Positions 11,142 to 22,023 of a DNA stretch of 64,000 bases are shown one piece after another. The notes below the pieces were generated by a model. It saw nothing but the letters and a program-made list of their open reading frames with translations. It did no database searches and had not been told where the DNA came from. Source of the DNA: Candidatus Altiarchaeota archaeon (GTDB lineage Archaea > Altiarchaeota > Altiarchaeia > IMC4 > QMZM01); the NCBI GenBank assembly GCA_038891095.1, contig JAWAEV010000001.1, positions 318,705-382,704 on the forward strand, given 5' to 3'. The translations under genes were made by a program, and so were the position numbers. Position 1 is the stretch's first letter; each line of letters starts with the position of its first letter.

Positions 11142-11669
11142 TTAAATCATAAAAATTTTTTCTATCTCCTCTAAATTTTTCACAACTTTTATGCCTTGCA
11201 CTTTTGAAATTTTTTTTACATTGTAAATGTCAATATCTCTTATTTGCAATGTAATCTTTCTGCCATCTGGAGCTTTGGTTCTTTCAACTTTTCTGAAATC
11301 TGTAGGTAAGAGAATTACCTCTAAAGAATTTTTTAGTCCTTGTGAGACAATATTACTTATCAGAGAATCTGCTATTCCATAAGCAATTTTTGCTGTTGTA
11401 TTTGCTGAGCAAGGCATAACAAAAATTTTATCAAATTCTCTATTTGCAATTTTTCCTATAAAAGGAAAACTATGGCCTTGATCTTTCTCAAGAATAATCC
11501 TCTCTGAAATTTTTTTTATTTTCTCATAAAAGCCATACATTCTTAAAACTTCAAAACCAGCATTTGAGATTGCAATTGTTATCTCATTATTTTTTGAAAT
11601 TTTTTCCATTAACTCAATTGTCTCTTCAAGTAAATGCCCTGAACCAGTTATACACCATAAAATCTTCAT
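11142..11669 (-). CDS. archaeal flavoprotein (AfpA-like, HFCD family)
   Basis: KILWCITGSGH, PCSANTTAKIAYGIADSL, LPTD. Confidence 0.85.
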   Translation of the reverse strand: MKILWCITGSGHLLEETIELMEKISKNNEITIAISNAGFEVLRMYGFYEKIKKISERIILEKDQGHSFPFIGKIANREFDKIFVMPCSANTTAKIAYGIADSLISNIVSQGLKNSLEVILLPTDFRKVERTKAPDGRKITLQIRDIDIYNVKKISKVQGIKVVKNLEEIEKIFMI

Positions 11670-11704
11670 TTTTATATATTAGTTGAGCATATCATATATT
11701 CAAA

Positions 11705-13129
11705 ATGAAGGATATTAATGAAAATTTTTTAAGAAAAGCAAATGAAATTGCAAGGGAGATTATAAAAAGGAATAATTTTCTTGTTGTAAGTCATTATGAT
11801 GCTGATGGTGTTTCAGCATGCGCAATAATAATTGATCTCCTAAAAAATTTAAAAAAAGATGTTGACTTTAGGATAATAAAACAATTGGACTCAACAACGA
11901 TAGATGAATTTAAAAACAGTAGGGATAAGACGATAATTTTTACTGATATGGGATCTGGCCAGATTTCGCTTATAGAAAAATCAGGAATAGGAGATTTTTT
12001 TATTTTAGATCATCATATGCCAGAAAAAGAGAATGAGAGGCAATTAAATCCAATGTTTTATGGCTATGATGGTGGTTTAGAAATAAGTGGCTCAGGTGTT
12101 GCATATATGGTAGTAAGAGCATTAAATTTTAGGAATATGGCACATATTGCAGTTGTTGGATCTGTTGGAGATATGCAAGACTCGCAAGGAAAATTAGAGT
12201 CTTTAAATAGAGTTATAGCCATGGATGCTATAAATGAAGGAACTTTAAAAATTGAAAAAGATATAAGACTCTTTGGTAGGCAATCCAGACCATTAGCGCA
12301 GATGTTAGCATATGCGTCTGATCCTCTATTGCCTGGGATTTGTGGTGATGAAACTGCTGCTTTTAATTTTCTTCAAAATTTAGGTATAAAATTGAAAAGA
12401 GATGATGGCTTGTGGAAACATTATATTGACCTTAACAAAGAAGAAAAGGAAAAAATAATTTCTGGAATTTATATGTATCTACTTGACTGTGATGTTCCAG
12501 AGTATATAATACAAGGAATTTTTGGTGAGGTTTATACTCTTCTGAAAGAAGAAGAAAGGACAGAGTTAAGAGATGCTAAAGAATTTGCAACTTTGTTAAA
12601 TGCATGTGGCAGACAAAACAGCTCTGAAACAGGAGTATATATCTGTTTAGGTGATAGAAAAGAATATCTAAAAAAAGCAAAGAATCTTCTTGAAAAGCAC
12701 AGAAAAGCATTAAGACAAGGAATTACATATATGAAAGAGAAGGGTGTTTCTGAAATGTCCCACTTATACTACTTTGATGCTTCGGGTATTATAGATGAGA
12801 ATATCGTTGGTGTTATCTCCGGCATGGGCTATGGAGCAAAAATCTTTCCTCCTGATAAACCAATAATCTCATTTGCAGATGATAAAGACAATGAATCAAT
12901 GGCAAAAGTTTCTGCAAGAGCGAACTGGTCCTTAGTGAGAGAGGGCATCCATTTAGGAAATGCTCTTAGAGTTGCAAGTAGATTTATCGGAGGTGAAGGT
13001 GGTGGCCATAACATTGCAGCTGGTGCAAAAATACCAAAGGATAAAAAGGGTGAGTTTCTAGAAAAATTGAATGAAATTTTTAAAGAGCAAATTAGTAAAA
13101 AAATTAGGAAATGTAATTTATATAGCTGA
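11705..13129 (+). CDS. recJ: RecJ-like DHH phosphoesterase
   Basis: SHYDADG, TDMGSG, LDHH, GSVGD, GGGH..AAGA (DHHA1). Confidence 0.9.
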   Translation: MKDINENFLRKANEIAREIIKRNNFLVVSHYDADGVSACAIIIDLLKNLKKDVDFRIIKQLDSTTIDEFKNSRDKTIIFTDMGSGQISLIEKSGIGDFFILDHHMPEKENERQLNPMFYGYDGGLEISGSGVAYMVVRALNFRNMAHIAVVGSVGDMQDSQGKLESLNRVIAMDAINEGTLKIEKDIRLFGRQSRPLAQMLAYASDPLLPGICGDETAAFNFLQNLGIKLKRDDGLWKHYIDLNKEEKEKIISGIYMYLLDCDVPEYIIQGIFGEVYTLLKEEERTELRDAKEFATLLNACGRQNSSETGVYICLGDRKEYLKKAKNLLEKHRKALRQGITYMKEKGVSEMSHLYYFDASGIIDENIVGVISGMGYGAKIFPPDKPIISFADDKDNESMAKVSARANWSLVREGIHLGNALRVASRFIGGEGGGHNIAAGAKIPKDKKGEFLEKLNEIFKEQISKKIRKCNLYS

Positions 13130-13205
13130 AATCTAATTAAAGTTTACTAATTCTGGATGGTTTGTCCATATGGACTACCATGCCAATTAGGCTCCAGAGT
13201 AGATT
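13117..13205 (+). promoter_or_regulatory. TATA box plus structured 5' leader of the rps15 operon
   Basis: TTTATATA at ~13117-13124; hairpin CTAATT..GG-ATGGT..GTCC-ATAT-GGAC..ACCAT..CC-AATTAG at 13147-13190. Confidence 0.45.
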
Positions 13206-13275
13206 AAATTTACCATTCCAATTAATTAGTATGCATTATTAGCGTTTTTATTAAAATTTATTTTACTTAGTTAAA

Positions 13276-13728
13276 TTGGCACGGATGCACATAAGAAGGA
13301 AGGGTAAATCTGGCTCAAAAAGACCAGGAATTAAGGGTAGGTTAGCTTTTGTTAATTATACTAAGGAGGAAATTGAAGAGCTTATATTAAAATTAAGAAA
13401 AGAGGGAAACTCCCCTTCAAAAATAGGATTAATTTTAAGAGATACTTACGGTATACCTTCAGTTAAAGATATTACTGGTAAAAAAATTAGTTTCTTTTTA
13501 GAGAAAAATTCACTAAGTCCTGAATTACCAGAGAATCTTGAAAATTTAATTAAGAAAGCTGTAAATTTGAGAAAACACTTAGAAAAAAATAAAAAGGACA
13601 TTCACAACAGAAGAAGTCTGCAATTGATTGAGTCTAAGATTCATAGATTAGTGAAGTATTATAAGAGAGAAGGTAAACTCCCAGGTGATTGGGTCTATGA
13701 ACCTGAAAAAGTTAAATTGAAGGTATAA
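13276..13728 (+). CDS. rps15: 30S ribosomal protein S15 (uS15), TTG start
   Basis: [39 protein letters not shown]. Confidence 0.98.
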   Translation: MARMHIRRKGKSGSKRPGIKGRLAFVNYTKEEIEELILKLRKEGNSPSKIGLILRDTYGIPSVKDITGKKISFFLEKNSLSPELPENLENLIKKAVNLRKHLEKNKKDIHNRRSLQLIESKIHRLVKYYKREGKLPGDWVYEPEKVKLKV

Positions 13729-13729
13729 A

Positions 13730-13960
13730 ATGCACAAAGCATTGCTTTTAACAGAATCAAAAGATGCTAAAAATATAGCAAAATCATTAGATATTGACAA
13801 TTTAAACAGAGAGAATTTAAAGGTAAGTACAAAACTTTTCAAAGGTAGAATAAGAACAAAGGTTAAAGCAGATAAGATATCAACGCTGCTAAGCACATTG
13901 GATGACATTATAAGATGCCAAATAATTGCTGAAAAAAATATAAAGAATGGCAACTGTTAA
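13730..13960 (+). CDS. pcc1: KEOPS complex subunit Pcc1
   Basis: IAKSL..DN ... A....TL.ST.DD; conserved position between S15 and S3Ae. Confidence 0.75.
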   Translation: MHKALLLTESKDAKNIAKSLDIDNLNRENLKVSTKLFKGRIRTKVKADKISTLLSTLDDIIRCQIIAEKNIKNGNC

Positions 13961-14501
13961 GAAAGGGTGGAAAGAAAAGAAAATTTACAGAATAATTGCT
14001 CCGGATAGCTTTAATCAGCAAGAAATAGGTGCAACTTTTTCTTCTGATGAAAAAAAACTTATAGGTAGAAATATTGAAGTTTCTCTGCGAGATTTAACAG
14101 ATGATAAAACAAAACAGCACATTAAGGTTGTTTTTGAGATTTTTAATGTTGAAAATGGAGTTGCAAAAACAAAATTCAAGAAATTTTATACAAGTGCTCA
14201 GTATTCAAGATCTAAAATAAAAAAAGGTATAAGCAAAATAGAGACAAAAATGAAGTTAAAACTCTTAGATGCCAATATTTGGTTGAGAAGTGTAATTGCA
14301 ACAAATAAAAAAATTCAGACATCAAAAGCTACTGATATGAATAAAAAAGCTATTGAAATTATTGAAAAAAACAAGGATATGAAATTCAACGATTTTCTGC
14401 ACATTGCTTTGTTTGGAAAATTAGCAAGTGAAATTTATTATAGTGTAAAGAAAATTTCGCCTGTGAAAAGAGTTGAAATTGAAGAACTTAGGTTGATATG
14501 A
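13947..14501 (+). CDS. rps3ae: 30S ribosomal protein S3Ae (eS1)
   Basis: WK.K..Y.IIAP..F, LIGR.IEVSL.DLT, KKI.P.KRVEI. Confidence 0.93.
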   Translation: MATVKKGWKEKKIYRIIAPDSFNQQEIGATFSSDEKKLIGRNIEVSLRDLTDDKTKQHIKVVFEIFNVENGVAKTKFKKFYTSAQYSRSKIKKGISKIETKMKLKLLDANIWLRSVIATNKKIQTSKATDMNKKAIEIIEKNKDMKFNDFLHIALFGKLASEIYYSVKKISPVKRVEIEELRLI

Positions 14502-14833
14502 GTTGCTTTTCTGCTAAATCTAAAATAACAACTCTTCCAGGCTATTCTTGAAAAAATTTTGAGTTTTAAATTAACTTTTTTATATCTTTTGGTTTGCACC
14601 CTGAAGAAGATGAAACAATTAAAACTGTTAAATTAGTATAAATTCTATAATTTTGAAAAATTTGCCAATCAAATTTTCTAAACTACTAACTCTACAGTGA
14701 AGACAATATTTAGCCCAAAAAGAAGTTCAATCTTTCCAAGGTTTAAAACCATATTTCAAAACTGAAAAATTTTCCATGACTGTAAAGTTAAGAGTTTTGC
14801 CTATTTTTTTATTTAACAAATTTTTATAGTTCT

Positions 14834-16261
14834 TCAAAATTTTTGATCTCCTTTGGAATTTTCATCCTCAAAACTTTCGCAGAACTTTATTGCCTTTGGA
14901 ATTCTCTCAATTACATCTGTTGCAGTGAAATAATAACTAAAATCTTTCAGTGCAATATCGCCAGCAAGACCATTTATAAATGCTCCTGCAGATGCAGCAT
15001 AAAATCTATCTGCTTTAACTGATAAAGCTGCAATAACTCCCGCGAGCACATCACCTGTGCCACCAACAGTCATTCCTGGATTTCCTGTTCTATTGAGTTT
15101 TGTTCTATGCCCATCAGAAATTATGTCAATATTGCCTTTTAAAACAATTATAGCTTTGAATTTTTTTGCAAACTTTTCAACTAATTTAACTCTCTCAGAA
15201 AAATTTTCACTAAATTCAGAAAAAAGAATTTTAAATTCATTAGCATGTGGCGTAAGTATCATGTTTTCCTTTATCTCTCTTGGATTGATTAATTTTAGGG
15301 CGTCTGCATCCACGATAACGGTTTTTTTTGTTTCATTTAAAAATTTTTTCACTGCAATTCTTGTCTTTTCTTCTAAGCCTAAACCATTTCCAATAACCGC
15401 AACATCAAAGTCTATTTCTGAAATTAAATCTAAGTCATCAGAATATAAAAAAAATTCTGAATTTAAAGTGTTGATAATGATATTTTCATCATATGGAATT
15501 TTTTCAGCAACATATTTTGGGCATGCTACAATTGAGATATCAGCACCTGCTTTTAATGCTGCTTTTGCAACTAAAATTGGAGCTCCAATAAAATTTTTAC
15601 TGCCACCTATAATGAGAATTCTACCAAAGTCTCCCTTATGCTCATCTCCCTTTCTTTTTGGTAGTGCATAAAGAACATCTCCAGGACCAACAAATGTCTC
15701 TGCCTCCTTTGGAATTCCTATTGAAACAACTTTTGCATTCTCTGTCTTTTTTATATGAAATGAAATGACCTTATCAGCCTTAATTCCTGGCGTTGGAATA
15801 TCTGCAGATATTTTGAAAATTTTTAGAGAGTTTATAAAGTTAACTAATGTTTTTACTGGCTCTCTGAGCTCGCCTTTTGCTCCAACTCCAAGAATTGCAT
15901 CTATTATAGCATCACAGTTGTAAAGTTTTTCCTTTAATTTAAAAACATCTGATGAATCTGAAATTTCAAAAATTTCTATGCTTGGCAGCTTTATTAATAA
16001 TTCAAAATTTTTTTGGGCTTCTTTTGTTCTTTCTCCTTTAATTGCAAATACTTTTACTTTCTTGCCAAAAGATGCTAAATGCCTTGCAGCAACAAAACCA
16101 TCACCGCCATTATTCCCAGTACCACAAAATATCGCAACTGAAGAGAAATTCTCAGCTTCTTTCGCAAGTTCTCTACCAGCATTTTCCATTAATAACTCAG
16201 TAGAAATTCCTAAATATTTGGAATTTATATCAATGATTTTTGTAAGTTCTGAGATTTCCAT
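14834..16261 (-). CDS. nnr: bifunctional NAD(P)HX epimerase/dehydratase
   Basis: LMENAG, GNNGGDG (YjeF_N); HKGDFG, TPHANEF, GGTGDVLAG (YjeF_C). Confidence 0.96.
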   Translation of the reverse strand: MEISELTKIIDINSKYLGISTELLMENAGRELAKEAENFSSVAIFCGTGNNGGDGFVAARHLASFGKKVKVFAIKGERTKEAQKNFELLIKLPSIEIFEISDSSDVFKLKEKLYNCDAIIDAILGVGAKGELREPVKTLVNFINSLKIFKISADIPTPGIKADKVISFHIKKTENAKVVSIGIPKEAETFVGPGDVLYALPKRKGDEHKGDFGRILIIGGSKNFIGAPILVAKAALKAGADISIVACPKYVAEKIPYDENIIINTLNSEFFLYSDDLDLISEIDFDVAVIGNGLGLEEKTRIAVKKFLNETKKTVIVDADALKLINPREIKENMILTPHANEFKILFSEFSENFSERVKLVEKFAKKFKAIIVLKGNIDIISDGHRTKLNRTGNPGMTVGGTGDVLAGVIAALSVKADRFYAASAGAFINGLAGDIALKDFSYYFTATDVIERIPKAIKFCESFEDENSKGDQKF

Positions 16262-16267
16262 TATGGA

Positions 16268-18445
16268 TTAAATATAAGCTGGGACTTTTTTCTTTTCTTC
16301 ATCCTTAGATTTTTCTTTAAAAAACTCAAATTGCTTTATATCTTGTTCTGAAATAGATGGCTTTATCTTCTCTAATGCCTTTTCAAAATGTTCCATGGTA
16401 ACTTTTGATGCTTTTATATCTTCTCTCAAAGCAATCATTGCAGCTTCTCTACAAACTGCTTCAATATCAGCTCCACTATAACCATGAGTTCTCTTTGCAA
16501 GTTCTTCAAGTTTTACATTCTCAATTGGCATTTTTCTTGTATGAACTTTGAATATTGAAAGCCTTGCTTTTTCATCTGGCGCTGGCACAAGTATTTTTGA
16601 GTCAAATCTTCCAGGCCTTAGTAATGATGGATCAAGAATATCTGGCCTATTAGTTGCACCAATAATAACAACATTTTCAATATTTTCAATTCCATCCATT
16701 TCTGTAAGAAGCTGATTTACAACTGTTTCAGTTACATGAGAGCCTGCGTAAATACCTCTTCTTGGAGCTAAAGCATCAATTTCATCAAATAAAACTATGC
16801 AAGGAGCAACTTGCTTTGCCTTTTTAAAAACTTCCCTAACTCCGCGCTCGCTTTCACCTACCCACATTGAAAGCAACTCAGGACCCTTAACAGCAATAAA
16901 ATTTGACTCTGATTCAGATGCAACTGCCTTTGCAAGAAGAGTTTTTCCACAACCTGGTGGCCCATATAAGAGTATTGCCTTAGGAGCTCTTATTCCCATT
17001 CTCTTAAAAACATTAGGATGCTTTAATGGCCATTCTATTGCCTCTCTAAGTTCTCTCTTAACATCCTCTAAGCCACCAATGTCATTCCATTTAACTTCAG
17101 GGACTTCAATTAAAACTTCTCTTAATGCTGATGGTGTAACAATTTTTAATGCTTCCATAAAATCTCTCCTTTCAACTCTTAGCTTATCTAAAATTTCTGC
17201 AGGGATTGTATCTTTTTCAAGATCAATTTTTGGCAAAATTCTTTTCAATGTCTGCATTGCTGCTTCTCTTGCCAAAGCAGCTAAATCCGCCCCAACAAAG
17301 CCATGAGTTATCTTGGCTATTTCTGCTAAGGAGACATCATCTGCTAATGGCATACCTCTTGTATGAATTTGCAAAATTTCCTTTCTTCCATTTCTATCTG
17401 GAACACCTATCTCAATTTCTCTATCAAATCTTCCTGGTCGGCGAAGAGCAGGGTCAATTGAATTTGGTTGATTTGTTGCTGCTATCACAATAACATTCCC
17501 TCTAGTTGTAAGTCCGTCCATTAAAGCTAAAAGTTGAGCAACAACTCGCCTTTCAACCTCTCCACGAGTTTCTTCTCTCTTAGGAGCAATTGAATCGATT
17601 TCATCTATGAAAATTATTGCTGGAGCATTATCTTGAGCTTCCTTGAATATGTCTCTTAACTTTCTTTCTGATTCCCCATAAAATTTATCCATAATTTCAG
17701 GCCCATTAATTGGTATGAAATAAGCATTTGATTCAGACGCAACAGCTTTTGCTATTAGAGTTTTTCCTGTGCCAGGAGGGCCAAAAAGCAAAACACCTTT
17801 GGGAGGAGTTATTCCAAGTTTTTCAAAAAGCTCAGGATGCTTCATTGGCAATTCAACCATTTCTCTAATACGAGAAATCTCCTCTTTTAAGCCACCAATA
17901 TCTTCATATCTAACAGTTGGAATTCTTTTTAACTCAACTGGTTTTGATTTTATTTCTATTTTTGTCTCTTCTTGAACTTGAACTATACCTTTAGGAGAAG
18001 TGTCTGCAACAACAAATGGGATAGCATCACCTAAAATTCCAATTGATAAGTTATCTTCCAAAACTAAAGGCCTACCTAAGAGTCTTTGTTTTAAATGAAT
18101 TGAGAAATCCTCACCAAATCTTATCTCATGTCTTACAGGAGCAATAACAACCTTCTTTGCTGGCTCAACTTTTGCTTTCTTAACAGTCACTTTATCTCCA
18201 AGTGAAACACCGGAGTTTTGCCTTATCAAACCGTCCATTCTTATAATTCCTTCACCATAATCCTGTGGATGCAAAGGCCAAACTATTGCACTTGTTATTT
18301 TTTTACCAGAAATTTCAATTATATCGCCAGATGTTATCTTTAGCTTTTCCATTGAGTCACTATCAATTCTCACGATACCACGACCAACATCACTTTGTAG
18401 TGCTTCAGCAACCTTTAGTTCAATTTTTTCAAATTTTTCAACCAT
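16268..18445 (-). CDS. cdc48: Cdc48/VAT AAA ATPase
   Basis: N domain, two AAA modules ([16 protein letters not shown]), pore loops KFYGESE and MWVGESE, C-terminal HbYX (AYI); start moved to MVEKFEK. Confidence 0.97.
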   Translation of the reverse strand: MVEKFEKIELKVAEALQSDVGRGIVRIDSDSMEKLKITSGDIIEISGKKITSAIVWPLHPQDYGEGIIRMDGLIRQNSGVSLGDKVTVKKAKVEPAKKVVIAPVRHEIRFGEDFSIHLKQRLLGRPLVLEDNLSIGILGDAIPFVVADTSPKGIVQVQEETKIEIKSKPVELKRIPTVRYEDIGGLKEEISRIREMVELPMKHPELFEKLGITPPKGVLLFGPPGTGKTLIAKAVASESNAYFIPINGPEIMDKFYGESERKLRDIFKEAQDNAPAIIFIDEIDSIAPKREETRGEVERRVVAQLLALMDGLTTRGNVIVIAATNQPNSIDPALRRPGRFDREIEIGVPDRNGRKEILQIHTRGMPLADDVSLAEIAKITHGFVGADLAALAREAAMQTLKRILPKIDLEKDTIPAEILDKLRVERRDFMEALKIVTPSALREVLIEVPEVKWNDIGGLEDVKRELREAIEWPLKHPNVFKRMGIRAPKAILLYGPPGCGKTLLAKAVASESESNFIAVKGPELLSMWVGESERGVREVFKKAKQVAPCIVLFDEIDALAPRRGIYAGSHVTETVVNQLLTEMDGIENIENVVIIGATNRPDILDPSLLRPGRFDSKILVPAPDEKARLSIFKVHTRKMPIENVKLEELAKRTHGYSGADIEAVCREAAMIALREDIKASKVTMEHFEKALEKIKPSISEQDIKQFEFFKEKSKDEEKKKVPAYI

Positions 18446-18486
18446 ATTAATTATAATACAGATTAGATAAAGATAAATTTGATGTT

Positions 18487-19710
18487 TCACCAATATTCAT
18501 TCTTCATTAGCTCTCTTAACAAAATTGTTGCATATGCCCCTTTCGGTATTGAGAATTTAATTACAACTTTTTTACAATCTTTTGAGAATTCATCATCTGC
18601 TATAGCTAAAATTTCAAAATCTTTAAATTCAAAGAAACTATCTCTTTCACTACCTTCAGAACTCATTTCAGGTATTTCCTTGATAAGGAAATCCTCCTTT
18701 TTTATTCCTTCATTCTCAAGAATTTTTTCTGTTATTTCATCAATATTACTCTTATACCCAACTAAAGGTAACTTCTCAGGATAGATTTCTTTCTTTATGC
18801 AAAAACTTAAGGCTTTGTTAAAAATATATGCCTGATAAGCATGGATGAACATCAACCTGAGTTTTTTTGGAAGTTTTCTTAGAGCACCAATATAATCGTT
18901 CTTTGCTTTTATAAGATGGTTTAGCATTGTTATCTCGTAGCTTAAATTTTTGGGAAAAATTTTTATAGCCTCTCTAAAATCTTGTTTCTCTGAAAGAAAT
19001 TTTCTTGCATTTCTTGATTTTTCAGATTCAGACTGAGAATACTCTGCGAGATATAGCATTACAGCTTCTTTAAAATTTTTCTTTAAAATTTCTTTGCCAA
19101 CAAGATGTGTTATTGGTCTTTGTATTCCAAATCTCTGCAAACCAAAAAAACCTGGAATTTTAAAATTTAATTCTTTTATTGTGGCATTTATATTTTCTTT
19201 TATTTCATTCTCACTTTTATGAATTTCTCTTATAGTTATTGTAAATCTATTTCCAAGCAGGTCCCCAAGATTAATTCTTTCTTTCTCATATTTTGGATCT
19301 CTTATTTCAATATCTTTAATTTTGATCTTCATTAAATTTTCAATTGGAACATTCCATAATGAAACTCTCTGTGTTGTTATCGCTCTTTTATCTTTTGTTC
19401 CTGAAAAGCCAAATCTTTTCCTACTAACTCTTAACCTCTTTGAAATTTCCCTTATGGCTCTTAGAGTATCCCAATTATATTTCCACAAAGTGAAGTGCAC
19501 ATAGCTTGTTATTTCTTTTTTATCATTAGAATTTTTATCTTCTGTATTCAAAGAAAGAATTTTATCCTCAGGATAAATTTCTTCAACTATAAAATCTTCA
19601 GGCAATTTTTTTATTTTTCCTCCAATACCTTCTGTTTTTGTAGCATAAACTTCTAAACCTACAATTTTTTCAAGTTTTGGCGGTGTATTTTCTATTATTT
19701 CTGCAATCAT
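18487..19710 (-). CDS. truD: tRNA pseudouridine(13) synthase TruD
   Basis: [39 protein letters not shown]. Confidence 0.97.
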   Translation of the reverse strand: MIAEIIENTPPKLEKIVGLEVYATKTEGIGGKIKKLPEDFIVEEIYPEDKILSLNTEDKNSNDKKEITSYVHFTLWKYNWDTLRAIREISKRLRVSRKRFGFSGTKDKRAITTQRVSLWNVPIENLMKIKIKDIEIRDPKYEKERINLGDLLGNRFTITIREIHKSENEIKENINATIKELNFKIPGFFGLQRFGIQRPITHLVGKEILKKNFKEAVMLYLAEYSQSESEKSRNARKFLSEKQDFREAIKIFPKNLSYEITMLNHLIKAKNDYIGALRKLPKKLRLMFIHAYQAYIFNKALSFCIKKEIYPEKLPLVGYKSNIDEITEKILENEGIKKEDFLIKEIPEMSSEGSERDSFFEFKDFEILAIADDEFSKDCKKVVIKFSIPKGAYATILLRELMKNEYW

Positions 19711-19737
19711 TCTAAATTACATTAATAATATAATAAT

Positions 19738-20040
19738 ATGGAAGAATTTTCTAAATTACAAAAGCAAGTTTTTGAGTATGATGAGAAAAATAATTGGCTA
19801 GCAGACGATAGCAGAGAAATTGTTTTGCATATGCAAGAAGAACTTGGAGAAATAGCAAGAGAAATTTTAAGATTTTGTGAATATAAAAAGGATAAAATTT
19901 TTTTAAAGGAGAAATTATCAGAAGAAATCTCTGACCTTTTTTACTTAACTCTAAAATTGGCAAACAAATTTCAAATTCAATTAGATGAATCCTGGAGCAA
20001 TATGTGGGAGAGATATAAAGCGAAAGTTAGTAGAAAGTAG
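19738..20040 (+). CDS. MazG-like nucleotide pyrophosphohydrolase
   Basis: EELGEIA ... EEISDL acidic pair motifs. Confidence 0.85.
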   Translation: MEEFSKLQKQVFEYDEKNNWLADDSREIVLHMQEELGEIAREILRFCEYKKDKIFLKEKLSEEISDLFYLTLKLANKFQIQLDESWSNMWERYKAKVSRK

Positions 20041-20041
20041 A

Positions 20042-20728
20042 ATGCCACAAAAATCTTTACTGATTTCGGAGGAACAATTTGAAAAATTAAAAAAATCAAA
20101 AATTGTTAGGAAAGGAAATTTAAAATCAGAATATGAAAAGTTAAGGGGCAAAATTGATAAATCAACAGTTGTTGTTTATGAAGGTAAACATGGGCTCACA
20201 TTGCTTATACAAAATTTAACTCCTTTAGTTGAAAAGAAGGTCGATGATATAATTGGAAAAGAAAAAAAGAGGGTTATTGAGATTGATGATAGCGGCTGGG
20301 GCGAGCCAATTGGTGGAGTTTTTATTGTAGGTAGGGATTTAGAAACTGGTAAAATTTCAAAGCAAGAAATTCCAGTAAATTTTTTTCAAGAGCCAAATTT
20401 TAAGGCAGGTAAGTACTATATCGAAACGATACGCGCTGTAAATGCTATACTCTATGAGCTTGATGCAGAACCAACAAAAACACTTATAAAAATTTGCCCA
20501 GGAGAAATTTTTTCACATGTTTATAGATTTCTTGAAAATAATGGATATGAATGTAAAAAAGTTAAAATTCGTGGCGAAACGCAAAGAATTGCAGAAAAGG
20601 CCTTTGATTCTTATCTAAAAAAAATAGGTTGTCCCAGAGGCTATAAAAAGATGAAAAAATGGTTGGAAGAAAATAGAGAAGAAAGAGAAAAATTTGCAAA
20701 AACTGGTTGGAAAGAATTCAGAAAATGA
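20042..20728 (+). CDS. uncharacterised RNase H-fold protein (RNase HII/HIII-like first motif)
   Basis: IEIDDSGWGEPIGGVFIVG resembles the DE.G.G...GP motif; the N-terminal region resembles the RNase HIII TBP-like domain; start taken at MPQK. Confidence 0.55.
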   Translation: MPQKSLLISEEQFEKLKKSKIVRKGNLKSEYEKLRGKIDKSTVVVYEGKHGLTLLIQNLTPLVEKKVDDIIGKEKKRVIEIDDSGWGEPIGGVFIVGRDLETGKISKQEIPVNFFQEPNFKAGKYYIETIRAVNAILYELDAEPTKTLIKICPGEIFSHVYRFLENNGYECKKVKIRGETQRIAEKAFDSYLKKIGCPRGYKKMKKWLEENREEREKFAKTGWKEFRK

Positions 20729-21822
20729 ATGAAAAACTTGATCCCTGGGAAGTTGAAAGTATAGAGAATTATGAAAAACTATTTAAGGAATTTGGTATAG
20801 AGCCTTTTAGTAAATTTAAAGAGAAATTTTCTGAGAATAAGTATATGAGGCGTGGTATAATTTTTGGTCATAGAAACTTTGAAAGAATAGCAAATGCTAT
20901 AGAAAATAAAAATAAATTTTGTATGATAACAGGACTCATGCCATCTGGGAAATTTCATTTTGGGCATAAGATTGTTGCTGAGCAGATAATATGGTATCAA
21001 AAGCTAAATGCTAAGATTTATGTATGTGCTGCCGACATTGAATCATATCTAATGAGAAATGTAAAATTTGATGAAGCAAGAAAAATTGCAATTAATGAAT
21101 ATCTAAGAAATTACATTGCTTTAGGTTTAACTGAAAAAAATTTGACTTTTTGGTTTCAATCAGATTATAAAGTTCCTTATTACAGACTTAGAGATGTTTT
21201 CTCTAAAAAAGTCACATTCAATGAGTTAAATGCTGTATATGGCTCTTTAGAGCCAAGAAAAATTTTTTCTTCCCTTACACAAGTTGCTGACATACTACAT
21301 ATGCAATTAAAAGAATTTGAAGGTCCCATGCCAACTGTAGTCCCTGTTGGCGCAGATCAAGATCCACATATAAGACTTACAAGAGATATAGCAGCAAGAT
21401 TTAGCAAAGAATATGAATTTATTTTACCATCTTCAACATATCATAAATTTATGCCTGGTTTGCAAGGAGGTAAGATGTCATCATCTGATGAGAAATCTTA
21501 CATTGCTCTCACTGACAAACCAGAAAAAGCAAGAAAAAAAATTATGGAAGCAAAAACTGGTGGTAGAGCAACAATTGAAGAGCAAAGGAAAAAAGGCGGC
21601 ATCCCTGAGCAATGTATGATTTTTGAAATTTACAAATTCCACTTAATTGAAGATGATAAAGAACTTGAGAAAATTTATAATGAATGTAAAACTGGAAAAT
21701 TACTTTGCGGAGAAGATAAAAAAAGATGCTCTGAACTTATGGAAAAATTCTTAAAGGAACATCAAAAAAAATTGAAAAGTCAAAAAACTGAAAAAATTGT
21801 TGAGAAAATTTTAAATATTTAA
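20725..21822 (+). CDS. trpS: tryptophan--tRNA ligase
   Basis: PSGKFHFGH, PVGADQDPH, KMSSS, TGGR. Confidence 0.97.
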   Translation: MNEKLDPWEVESIENYEKLFKEFGIEPFSKFKEKFSENKYMRRGIIFGHRNFERIANAIENKNKFCMITGLMPSGKFHFGHKIVAEQIIWYQKLNAKIYVCAADIESYLMRNVKFDEARKIAINEYLRNYIALGLTEKNLTFWFQSDYKVPYYRLRDVFSKKVTFNELNAVYGSLEPRKIFSSLTQVADILHMQLKEFEGPMPTVVPVGADQDPHIRLTRDIAARFSKEYEFILPSSTYHKFMPGLQGGKMSSSDEKSYIALTDKPEKARKKIMEAKTGGRATIEEQRKKGGIPEQCMIFEIYKFHLIEDDKELEKIYNECKTGKLLCGEDKKRCSELMEKFLKEHQKKLKSQKTEKIVEKILNI

Positions 21823-22023
21823 TTCAGATTATGTATAGATTCTTCTGATGGATAAACTTGTATAGACCAAACAAATGACTTTGCAAGTTGTTTACTTAAT
21901 TCTACATTCAGTTCTCAATGTTAATTCCTAATTATTTAAGGGCTTCTTTTTCTATAGCCCATGCGCGATTATTTTAATCTCTATGTCATCAAACTTAGAT
22001 TGAAGAAAATTAAGAAAATGAAG

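Noticed and set aside
14502-14833. ~330-bp gap with short minus-strand coding-like fragments (e.g. PGRVVILDLAEKQLIST)
   Set aside because: Possibly a decayed gene, but there are multiple stops and no recognisable family.
15057-15671. Long antisense ORFs (e.g. 204 aa here; also 2638-3036, 16797-17306, 46720-47157, 55736-56941)
   Set aside because: They lie opposite well-supported genes and are S/F/L/I-rich, the usual result of A-rich sense codons.
21823-22023. Gap after trpS with coding-like minus-strand fragments continuing past the fumarase beta stop
   Set aside because: No identifiable homology; cannot support a pseudogene call.
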